This document shows positions 30,316-39,092 of a stretch of DNA of 64,000 bases, piece after piece (positions within the stretch are counted from its first letter, which is position 1; each line of letters starts with the position of its first letter). The stretch comes from a virus: positions 2,967 to 66,966 of IMG/VR virus record IMGVR_UViG_3300036791_000892. One strand, 5' to 3'. The notes beneath the pieces are model-generated. The model searched no databases and was not told where the DNA came from. It was given only the letters and a program-made list of their open reading frames with translations. Both the position numbers and the translations under genes were made by a program.

Positions 30316-30519
30316 ATGAAGGACAGATACACAAAAATCTATCAGCTCCGCCGGGAAAAGAGAATGACCTTTAAGGAAATTGGAGAGTATATGGGCATCT
30401 CTCGTCAGAGAGCTCATGAGATTTATCATCGTGCAGTTAAGAAACTGAAGCTTACAAAGAGGATGGAGCGCCGGACCAACGCCATTCAAACCCGCCCTTC
30501 GAATTCCGCCGTGGCTTAA
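30316..30519 (+). CDS. sigma70 region-4-like HTH protein
   Basis: MTFKEIGEYMGISRQRAHEIYHRAVKKL. Confidence 0.75.
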   Translation: MKDRYTKIYQLRREKRMTFKEIGEYMGISRQRAHEIYHRAVKKLKLTKRMERRTNAIQTRPSNSAVA

Positions 30520-32482
30520 GACCCATATCAGCATAAATTTTCTTGAGAAGATGGATTTCAATTCCACCCTGCCTTGCTTGTTCAAATAGTAATTCTTCCT
30601 TCATTGGACCGTCAGAGAGTGTTTTTACTAGAAATTCGGTAGCCTTCGCTGTGTCCTTTTGAGAAGCATTGTCCGACTTGGGAGATGACTTATACCATTT
30701 TATTCTACTTGATTGGACGTAGTCTTCTCCTTTCCATTCACCGTTGGTTTTATGTTTCTCGGCTGAGTGAATTTCGTATTCCAAACTCAAAGGTATTTTG
30801 GAGTTAGTTACCTTCGAATTAGAGATAATCATTCTCTCTTTTGATTCTTCAGTTCTCTTCACATTTATTACCGATCTTGCAGCACCTACAATAGCTATCG
30901 AGCCCAGTACTCTATATATCTCACTGGATTCTTCTTTCTTATTGTAGTGAGTAACTCCGGCAATGGTAGCTCTTGTCCTCTCAGCTATCTTCTCTATAGG
31001 GCCTAAGACTGATCTTACATCTGAATCAGTGTTGGAATTGAGACCACCAAGAAAAGCACCAAGCGGGTCTATCATTACGAAGTGTATACACCTCTTTAGT
31101 ATGTATTGCTCCAAGGAATTAAAATCACGAAACAGGGAAAAGGACATTTTATCATCTCCATTGTTTACGTGTTTAAAGATATCAATCCTATCAAGGTTTG
31201 CATCGGCCATGATTAAACGAGGTACGATGGTATCTCCGGCGGCATCTTCAAAACTGATTATCAGACAATTACCTGTTCCTACTCTGTTTTTCTCGAGAGG
31301 TAATTTTCCTCCTCGAGAGATTCTAGAGATCATATCCAAAGTAAAAGTAGATTTACCAAGACCGGGATCACCGGCTATTACAGTCAGTTTTCCATCGGGA
31401 AACCAGCCACGCCAGGTCCAATGAACATTCTGCACTGTTACCTTACTGGCTCTAACAGCAACCAATCCTTGTTTACCGTCATCTACGGTATCATCTACTT
31501 CTCCAGAGAAATCTACCCAGAATCCCCCGGTATCATCCCTTCTAATCTTTTTGTCAGGTTTAGGAAGCATCACTACTACTCCTCGCCCCTTAGGATTCTT
31601 CTTGATAAATTCGGCAGCTTTGCGAACAGTACGTTGGACGTAATCTTCGGCATGTCCTGACTTCCTTTCCAACACATCCTTGCCCCGATGACTGGACATG
31701 AAAGTTGAGTAGGTGTCTTGCTGGCTGAGTCCGAAATTTAGGAGTCTTGTGATAACTGCTGAATCGTCTTGGCTGGGATCGTCACCATCATTCCTGTCAC
31801 TGATATGTCTGAGAGCATCTATTATCTTAGGAGGAAGATCAGTTCTAACTTTACCAGTTCCCACGTAATTGCCGGGATCGTCTGTTTTTTCTTTAAAGAA
31901 CCCGGACTTACGGAATGTCTCAAGTTGGTATAGATTCTCATGAACAAGATAGGATTTAATAAGTGGCGGAGATTCATATTCAGGCTTACGATTCCTGAAT
32001 CCTGGAACTCTAAGGATTCTGGTAATATCTATAGTTTTTGTATCAGCACCGAATCTCTCAGCTAGACCACGAGCTATTGCTTCTATGTACCTGATATCTT
32101 CAATATCTCTTACCAGCTTTGGGCAAGTTAGAAGCCAATAGCCGTGAGTACCTCCGCCGGACCCCACAACAATGTTAGGAGGTAAAGATAGGTTTATAAC
32201 TTTTTTCATTGGGATTTCATCAAAGTCTGCCCAGATGGCGTTGACTCGGAAGCAATCACGTTTTGTCCCACCTTCACGAAATCGGGTGGATACTCCGAAG
32301 TAAACATCTAACTTGGTGTACTGGCCAGCAGACTCTAGAAATTCGGACACTGAACTGGAGAACTCACGATGAATCTCATCGGCTTTTCTATCAATAGCTC
32401 TTAGTTCTAATTTCTCATCTCTAATCAACCTTGTCGGCCAGACCCTTGAAAAAAACTCGGAAGGAGTCAGTAAGTTCATCAT
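30452..32482 (-). CDS. primase-helicase fusion (RepB-type primase, AAA_25 helicase, C-terminal wHTH)
   Basis: WADFD, SGGGTHGYW, RILRVPGFRN; GDPGLGKS Walker A, VMIDP, THYNK. Confidence 0.85.
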   Translation of the reverse strand: MMNLLTPSEFFSRVWPTRLIRDEKLELRAIDRKADEIHREFSSSVSEFLESAGQYTKLDVYFGVSTRFREGGTKRDCFRVNAIWADFDEIPMKKVINLSLPPNIVVGSGGGTHGYWLLTCPKLVRDIEDIRYIEAIARGLAERFGADTKTIDITRILRVPGFRNRKPEYESPPLIKSYLVHENLYQLETFRKSGFFKEKTDDPGNYVGTGKVRTDLPPKIIDALRHISDRNDGDDPSQDDSAVITRLLNFGLSQQDTYSTFMSSHRGKDVLERKSGHAEDYVQRTVRKAAEFIKKNPKGRGVVVMLPKPDKKIRRDDTGGFWVDFSGEVDDTVDDGKQGLVAVRASKVTVQNVHWTWRGWFPDGKLTVIAGDPGLGKSTFTLDMISRISRGGKLPLEKNRVGTGNCLIISFEDAAGDTIVPRLIMADANLDRIDIFKHVNNGDDKMSFSLFRDFNSLEQYILKRCIHFVMIDPLGAFLGGLNSNTDSDVRSVLGPIEKIAERTRATIAGVTHYNKKEESSEIYRVLGSIAIVGAARSVINVKRTEESKERMIISNSKVTNSKIPLSLEYEIHSAEKHKTNGEWKGEDYVQSSRIKWYKSSPKSDNASQKDTAKATEFLVKTLSDGPMKEELLFEQARQGGIEIHLLKKIYADMGLKPRRNSKGGFEWRWSGAPSSL

Positions 32483-32650
32483 ATATTTTAACTTATCAAA
32501 ATCAAACGATATACCGAGAAAATCGAGATGTCAATGTACGTGGTCATGTAAGTTTCTGGGTTTGTTTGGGATCCTTGACAACACAAAAATTTTCGTCTTA
32601 TAATGCCATTTTATTTGAGCGGAGAAATATACTACAGTGGACAAAAATTC

Positions 32651-34108
32651 ATGAGATATCCCTATGCTCGAAAGCCCAGACCGGGACAGTTGCGGGCGAT
32701 GAAACGAGCTTACAAGTATAAGAGACAGGCTGTATTCGGTCCGCCGGGAACTGGAAAAACCAAGGTAGCACTTGACTTCATTGGAGTATTACTAAAGAAT
32801 AAGATTATCAAGAGAGTCCTTGTACTCGCTCCTCTCACGGCTATTGTGGGAGTATGGGAAGAACAGATAGAGATCGATTGTCCTTGGCTTAGATATTCAA
32901 TATGGAGAAGGAAGCAAGAACCAGACTGGAATTCTCAAGCTCTCCTCATTAATTATGATCTCTTTATTCCTCGCCGCAAGAAAAAACGCAGTAAGAGAAC
33001 TGGTAAGATCATTCCTGATAAATTCTTCAGAGACCATGCTATTCTAAATAAACTCATTGAATGGGAACCTGATGTTATTATCTTTGATGAAAGCCATAAG
33101 ATAAAGAATCCGTATAGCAAAAGATCAAAGGCAGCTCACAAGCTGGCTCGTACTGGAACCTACGTTCTCTGCCTGACTGGGTCCCCACAAGGCAACAAGA
33201 AGGTACTTGATTTGTGGAGTCAATTTGAAGCATTACAACCTGGATTGTTGGACCAGACGTATGATGAGTTCAAGAACCATTATTGTATCTGGACGGGATT
33301 CGGTGGACATGAGCTTCTTAAATTCAAGAATATCAAACACTTAGCTCATCTCATTGCTCCATTTGTAACACGACTAAAGGAGGAGGAGTTGCCCAAACAA
33401 AATGATATACCTATCCGCATAGACATGACTCCTCGGGCAAAGCAGATCTATAGACAAATGGAGAAAGAGTTCTTGACCGACGTTAGTGAGGAGTTCAAGA
33501 AATTAAAGAGGTCCAAAAAGCCAGTCTCCAAGATGGTTGCTACACCCATCGTTTTATCCAAGATGCTTAAGCTCTCTCAGATCAGTGGAGGATTCATTCG
33601 TGATGAAGAAGGAAATGATATTCCTCTGCATACCTGTAAGCTAGAAGCTCTAAAAGAAATCATGGATGACTTGAAGGAATCAAAAATCAAACGAGTTGTT
33701 ATCTATGCCCGATTCAAATGGGAGCTCAAGAAAATTCGTGAGTGGTTAGGAGACTGGGTAACCTACACGATTGACGGCGATACGCCGATAGAAATGAGGA
33801 GGATGGCTATAGAGATGTATAACAATTCCGGCGGTGTCGTCATTTGTCAGACAGCTACAGGTTCTGAATCTCTCAATCTTCAGGCGGGTAATTACGAGAT
33901 TGACTATTCCACGGATTATTCGTACATCAATTATTTCCAGCGTAGGAAAAGGATTCATAGATCAGGTCAGAAAAAACCATGTTACTTCTACCAGCTTAAA
34001 TGTAAAGGAACTATAGATGTTGATCTTTATAGACTCTTTGCTGACAATGAAAGTGCAGACAAGGAATTCATGAAACTCATTGATATGGTGAAGGAGCGCA
34101 ATGCGTGA
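32651..34108 (+). CDS. SNF2-family helicase
   Basis: PGTGKT, DESH, LTGSP, SLNLQ, QRRKRIHRSGQ. Confidence 0.9.
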   Translation: MRYPYARKPRPGQLRAMKRAYKYKRQAVFGPPGTGKTKVALDFIGVLLKNKIIKRVLVLAPLTAIVGVWEEQIEIDCPWLRYSIWRRKQEPDWNSQALLINYDLFIPRRKKKRSKRTGKIIPDKFFRDHAILNKLIEWEPDVIIFDESHKIKNPYSKRSKAAHKLARTGTYVLCLTGSPQGNKKVLDLWSQFEALQPGLLDQTYDEFKNHYCIWTGFGGHELLKFKNIKHLAHLIAPFVTRLKEEELPKQNDIPIRIDMTPRAKQIYRQMEKEFLTDVSEEFKKLKRSKKPVSKMVATPIVLSKMLKLSQISGGFIRDEEGNDIPLHTCKLEALKEIMDDLKESKIKRVVIYARFKWELKKIREWLGDWVTYTIDGDTPIEMRRMAIEMYNNSGGVVICQTATGSESLNLQAGNYEIDYSTDYSYINYFQRRKRIHRSGQKKPCYFYQLKCKGTIDVDLYRLFADNESADKEFMKLIDMVKERNA

Positions 34109-34700
34109 GTGAAGTCATAGACATGCTCAACACATTCATGGATGAGATCACGAAAGAAATCCATCCTAGTCTGGTGCCCTTTCATAAGGGTCTAAGAATT
34201 CTTCGTGATGTCATACAATATCTTGATGGTTCAAATCCAGCACCAGGTGGTGGAGTAAGCTGGGTTTTAACCTGGTGGAAAAGCGAGGAAAGCCGTGAAA
34301 TTAGAGAAGCGTATTTTCGAACACACAAAGTTCCTGCTCCTCATACCGGAGAATGAGGATGAGAGTAAAATTATCGACGAGATGCTTGGTGATACCGATC
34401 TCCCAATAAATGTCATCGGGCAGGTGAGATTGTCTGATGACTATGCCGAGCACTACATAAGTATTAGGAGGATGGAATGAATGGTCTAGATGCGCTGTCA
34501 GAAAATTATCCGTGGTGGGAGTCCGTTGAACGTATTCGTAAAGAGCATAATGGAGTCTTCAGCGTAGACCTGTTTCTCGGGCACGATGGTCATAACGTGT
34601 GCAGGTTCCGTGACTATACTCACATAATTGCCGAGGGACAATCCGGCCGCGGGATGCAGCAGGCGGTTGACCGTTGCATAGACGAATGGAGGAAATAAAA

Positions 34701-35411
34701 ATGCAAAGATTTTCAAGAACCGCAGTAATGGATAAAGAAGGAAAATTCTTACTCATTCACACCACAGCACATGGACGAAACCGCTGGGAGTTTCCCGGAG
34801 GTAAATCTCTTAAAGGGGAGAGTACAGAGGAAACAGCTTACCGAGAATTACAAGAGGAGACTGGACTCATTTCACAGATACTCATACCAGTATTTAGAAC
34901 CGATACCATCTTGCTGGATGATGACTATTGGGTTGGAAGCTTTTTTTATACCAATAGCTATGACGGGACCCCACAGGTTATGGAACCTAATAAAGCAGAT
35001 AAAGTTGACTGGTTTACAGTTGAACAGATGAAGCTTCTTCCAACGATTCCTCTTCTCAGTCTCGAAGTTGCCAGACTCCTAATGCGACCCAAGATCGTTT
35101 GTCTCTGTGGGTCCACTAAATTCCATGATGAGTTTGTTTTAGCAAACTATCAGGAAACCATGAAAGGACACATTGTTCTTTCTGTGGGTTTCTTCATGCA
35201 TACTCCGCAAACTGTACACGGACAAACTCTGGGCTGTACTCCAGGGCAGAAGATCAAACTTGACCAACTACATAAAAAGAAGATTGAGATGGCCGATGAA
35301 ATACTCGTTCTCGACATCGGCGGATACATCGGTGATTCAACTCGCAGCGAAATCGAACACGCTGAGAAATTAGGTAAACACATCCGCTACATTTCAAAAG
35401 AAGGGTGGTAA
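34701..35411 (+). CDS. Nudix hydrolase fused to a nucleoside-deoxyribosyltransferase-like domain
   Basis: GG...GES..ETA.REL.EETG Nudix box; IVCLCGST.F...LH..KI..ADE...GYIG.ST..EIE.A. Confidence 0.8.
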   Translation: MQRFSRTAVMDKEGKFLLIHTTAHGRNRWEFPGGKSLKGESTEETAYRELQEETGLISQILIPVFRTDTILLDDDYWVGSFFYTNSYDGTPQVMEPNKADKVDWFTVEQMKLLPTIPLLSLEVARLLMRPKIVCLCGSTKFHDEFVLANYQETMKGHIVLSVGFFMHTPQTVHGQTLGCTPGQKIKLDQLHKKKIEMADEILVLDIGGYIGDSTRSEIEHAEKLGKHIRYISKEGW

Positions 35412-35415
35412 CTAC

Positions 35416-35778
35416 ATGATTACTATGACAGAGCGTGAGGAGCTGTTTCAGCTCTTACAAAAGATCATGACTGAAAACCGTGAAGAACTTTTTGACTTTC
35501 TTCATAAAAAGATGTTTGAAGTTCAAGCTAAGAAAGGTCGAGATTATGGAGAAGAACAAGACGGACTGGGAAATCTTCGTCGTCGAGGTATCGCTGGAAT
35601 CCTTAATCGCATGGAGGATAAGATATATCGCATCCGAAATCTCACCTCCTCTGATCGTCAGCCACTAGTAGAGGATGAGTCGGTTGAAGATACCTGTATT
35701 GATACCGCTAACTATTCTCTTCTGATTGTTATTCTCTATTGGGACTTAACCGGACATAACCCTTTGAAAGGAGGGTAG
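35416..35778 (+). CDS. nucleotide-modification-associated domain protein (DUF1599/Nmad1-like)
   Basis: KxxDYG...RxxDKxxR...ESVEDTxxDxANY. Confidence 0.75.
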   Translation: MITMTEREELFQLLQKIMTENREELFDFLHKKMFEVQAKKGRDYGEEQDGLGNLRRRGIAGILNRMEDKIYRIRNLTSSDRQPLVEDESVEDTCIDTANYSLLIVILYWDLTGHNPLKGG

Positions 35779-35782
35779 CTAT

Positions 35783-36463
35783 ATCAACGTAACCGACTTC
35801 AATATCGAAATTCCAAAAGGTGATTTGTTGGAAGTCATCTTCAATTATCAGACCGGGCTCATGGACAAATATCATGTACTCGAACAGCAAAATCTTGGGA
35901 GAGTTTTGCCTGATCCCCACAAGATAGACCTCGATGCTCAAGAGGATCAGTTGCGCCTGAAAGAGTTTTCATGGCGAGTTACCGAAGAACTGGCTGAGGC
36001 AACAGAATGTGTTCAGTGTGGTGGCAAGCTGGACGAGCTACACTTTCTTGAAGAAATGATTGATGCCTTACACTTCTCTGTTGAACTCTTTATGATGTCA
36101 GGTCTTACGGTTAATGACCTCACAACAGAACCAAACAGGCTGACATTCTTGTATGAACTCTGGGAAGATTCACGGGTATTCCCTACCGCTTCCGGAAACA
36201 GCCGGTCATTCTACAACACTATCCATATCAAGACATGGGAGACAGTTGAGATTCTTGGTACGGCTATGAACTGCTTGAAAAACAAACCATGGAAAACAAC
36301 TCATATGGTGACTGACAAAGCGGCGTTCAGACACCTCATGACCAGATTCATGCACAGCCTTTTACGGCTGATGTGGGTATCCGGGTTCAATCCAAAAACC
36401 TTAACCCAGCTTTACCTGAACAAAAATGCGGTCAATAATTTCCGCTTAAGATCGGCATACTAA
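35783..36463 (+). CDS. all-alpha dCTPase/dUTPase-like NTP pyrophosphatase
   Basis: EELAE, EEMIDALHF, KPWK, YxxKNxVNxFR...Y; start placed at ATC 35783 behind AGGAGG (ORF track uses TTG 35825). Confidence 0.75.
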   Translation: MNVTDFNIEIPKGDLLEVIFNYQTGLMDKYHVLEQQNLGRVLPDPHKIDLDAQEDQLRLKEFSWRVTEELAEATECVQCGGKLDELHFLEEMIDALHFSVELFMMSGLTVNDLTTEPNRLTFLYELWEDSRVFPTASGNSRSFYNTIHIKTWETVEILGTAMNCLKNKPWKTTHMVTDKAAFRHLMTRFMHSLLRLMWVSGFNPKTLTQLYLNKNAVNNFRLRSAY

Positions 36464-36512
36464 TGCCAAAATTCCCCCTGACAAGGAGATCTTTTTTTGC
36501 TAGAATAGACAT

Positions 36513-36731
36513 ATGATGAGAAAACGTGCCAGGATTATCGAGGATCGTCTCCTCCCAAGTACCAAGATCGTTTTAGAAGAGGGAGATATAGTCTGGTTAG
36601 AGATTGGTATGAATCTAGTCTATGTCTATGACAATGATGGAAGTAATTCAACTACTCAAGGATTGCTCTATACATTCCAGAGTAAACATGAGGCCAACAA
36701 ACACGTAAGAGTATTGAAGGAGAAGAAATGA
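36513..36731 (+). CDS. hypothetical protein with own leaderless promoter
   Basis: CTGACA-17-TAGAAT at 36478-36506, ATG 6 nt later. Confidence 0.6.
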   Translation: MMRKRARIIEDRLLPSTKIVLEEGDIVWLEIGMNLVYVYDNDGSNSTTQGLLYTFQSKHEANKHVRVLKEKK

Positions 36732-37543
36732 TTCGAAGGAATTTTCCAGATCTGTTCACTGGATGGAGAGGAATCGTCGATGAGCTTGCCTATAACTGGC
36801 CTCACGATGATTACGATGTTCCTCTCAAATGGGGAGTATGCATGTCTTATCCTGAATGTGTAGAAGTAACCTTTGATGATGCTCTTCTCGACAGGGGATC
36901 CACAATGAAAGACAAGTTGCATCTCGATATGTCGAGCTACACTAAAAGCCGATGGACTCGATTCATGCGCCGTTATTTCCGTACCGACTTCGGAGAGTGG
37001 ATCGATGAATCGATGGAAAAATTGCAGAGGTACCCCCGAAGACCATTCGTTGCCAGCTACTCAATATCTTACAACATCTATGATACCAACGGGCGCATCG
37101 GCCACAACTACGGAGGATGTTTGGCTTCACTTCAAATTCGTATCTGCCCAAAACCCATGGTGATGCTTTTTTCCAGAGCTTGCCAGGTTGACAAAATCGG
37201 ATTTCTGGACTTTGCTCTGATGCATCTTGTGGCCAAACGTATGGGAGTCAAGCCAGTATCAGCACAGTGGGTGGTATCACTACCATTCATCTCTGCTATA
37301 AGTCAAACCTATTATACACTTCGCTTCGGGCTCGGTCTCAAAACTCATGTGATGCGTAATCGTGTGATTGAAAACCTGAGATTAGAGAGCTCAACTTACG
37401 GTCCACTAGAACGTACAATTAAAAGATTAGGTCAATGGAAGAATGACCAGTTTGTTCCCGGCAGTAAAGCAGTAAAAGATTTGAGTCTTGAGTTCGAGAT
37501 GCCGAAAGTAAAAAAGAAAAAGATCCTTGACAACTTGGAATAG
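36728..37543 (+). CDS. divergent thymidylate-synthase-fold protein
   Basis: GGCLASLQ (catalytic Cys region) and SRACQVDKIGFLD (RSxD-equivalent). Confidence 0.55.
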   Translation: MIRRNFPDLFTGWRGIVDELAYNWPHDDYDVPLKWGVCMSYPECVEVTFDDALLDRGSTMKDKLHLDMSSYTKSRWTRFMRRYFRTDFGEWIDESMEKLQRYPRRPFVASYSISYNIYDTNGRIGHNYGGCLASLQIRICPKPMVMLFSRACQVDKIGFLDFALMHLVAKRMGVKPVSAQWVVSLPFISAISQTYYTLRFGLGLKTHVMRNRVIENLRLESSTYGPLERTIKRLGQWKNDQFVPGSKAVKDLSLEFEMPKVKKKKILDNLE

Positions 37544-37583
37544 TCGCGTATAAAATCAAATCCTTGACAAACGGAGGTTATAG

Positions 37584-38261
37584 GTGCGTTTTTATAAGAA
37601 CTTTGCTGAGGCTCTTAATGAGCTTAAAAGAGAACTGAAAGAAATGGGTTGCAACATCCACACTAAAAGCGTTCAGAATATTGATATCACTAACAATCCT
37701 GATTACGACTCGAAAGAGATTACTAACTACATCTACACTGTCCTCGAACCTAACTGTGACGAGATCCCATTAAACAATCAAGAGTGGTGTAATGCTGAGT
37801 TCTCCGAACGTGTGGGAGGAAAGCCCGTGAATCCTGGCAGGGCATGGAAATTACGTGAGAAGTATTGGAAACAATTCATTACTCCTGATGGAATTTTTGA
37901 CTATGCCTACCCACAAAGATTGTGGATGACTTTACCACATGCTGTTAGTCTGCTTAAAAAAGACTCAATGAGCCGTCGAGTATACATCCCAATCTTTAAT
38001 CCTGATTTGGATGATGTATCCAATCTCACCACTCGCATACCGTGTTCTCTTGGATACTGGTTCGTTTATCGACAAAACAAACTCAGCGTAACTTACCTTC
38101 AGAGATCTTCAGATTTCTCAGAACACTTTAACAACGACATCTGGCTTGCCAATAAACTTAAAGATCATGTAGCCAAGGAAGCAGGACTTGAACCAGGTCC
38201 ATTTATTCACTGGCTCGGGAGCTTGCATATCTTCTCGAAAGATGTAGCTGGCGTGTTCTAA
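37584..38261 (+). CDS. thymidylate-synthase-family (hydroxy)methyltransferase, dCMP-type
   Basis: SRR, IPCS, QRSSDFSEHFNND, GSLHIF. Confidence 0.8.
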   Translation: MRFYKNFAEALNELKRELKEMGCNIHTKSVQNIDITNNPDYDSKEITNYIYTVLEPNCDEIPLNNQEWCNAEFSERVGGKPVNPGRAWKLREKYWKQFITPDGIFDYAYPQRLWMTLPHAVSLLKKDSMSRRVYIPIFNPDLDDVSNLTTRIPCSLGYWFVYRQNKLSVTYLQRSSDFSEHFNNDIWLANKLKDHVAKEAGLEPGPFIHWLGSLHIFSKDVAGVF

Positions 38262-38579
38262 AAAACTGGAGGGTTCTATGAGAAGGCTGCTCGCAGTTCC
38301 ACCATTCAATATCAAGGTACTTGTCGATCGTATGCATAACGGAGCCGACCTCAGCGAGAACCTCGTCAATTGGATGGCAGAGCAAGGTCTGCTGACTATC
38401 CAAGGTGGGCCTATTGGCCCCAACTCGCTGATTAACAGGTCCATCCTGAACTTCACGGTCAATTGGGTCGCAGCATGGGACGATGCAGAACTCCCGTCAC
38501 GAATCAGCGAGACATACACGGCGACGGGGACAACTCTTTTTAAGGCCCTTGAGTCCGTACTTGAGATGGCAGGTGTTTT

Positions 38580-39092
38580 ATGACAGATCGAATAAGTCGT
38601 GAAGAATTCTTGATCGAAATGACTAAACTCATCTCACGTAGAGGAACCTGCCTACGAGCTCAAGTAGGATGTGTCCTTGCAATCGATGGGCGTCCGATAG
38701 CAAGTGGTTACAACGGATCAGAACCGGGAGAACCTCATTGCATCGATGCAGGATGCCTGATGGAAGAAGGGCATTGTGTTAGAACAATTCATGCTGAGGC
38801 GAATGCCATAGCGTGGAGTGCTCGTAAAGGTATCGCTATCGAAGGCGCAACTTTATACACCTACGGTTGGGAGTCTGGTATCTGTCACAGATGCCGGAAG
38901 CTTGCCTTGTCCGCCGGGATTGTCAAGATTGTGGAGATCCCTATGGAGACTGCGGAAGATGCCTCTTTTTTTAAAGGTGAAACGATTAACTTTGATGACA
39001 AGACCGCCGGAGAACCTCAAAGAGTTCATGAATGTGGGGATCCGAATTGCATAGTTCCTCATCCAGCACCTCATAAAAAGAGGCCAGCTTGA
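38580..39092 (+). CDS. dCMP deaminase
   Basis: TC.R..VG, GYNG, HAEANA, ICHRC. Confidence 0.9.
   Translation: MTDRISREEFLIEMTKLISRRGTCLRAQVGCVLAIDGRPIASGYNGSEPGEPHCIDAGCLMEEGHCVRTIHAEANAIAWSARKGIAIEGATLYTYGWESGICHRCRKLALSAGIVKIVEIPMETAEDASFFKGETINFDDKTAGEPQRVHECGDPNCIVPHPAPHKKRPA

Noticed and set aside
34225-34250. tRNA T-arm-like GGTTCAAATCC
   Set aside because: Lies inside an ORF with no acceptor, D or anticodon stems.
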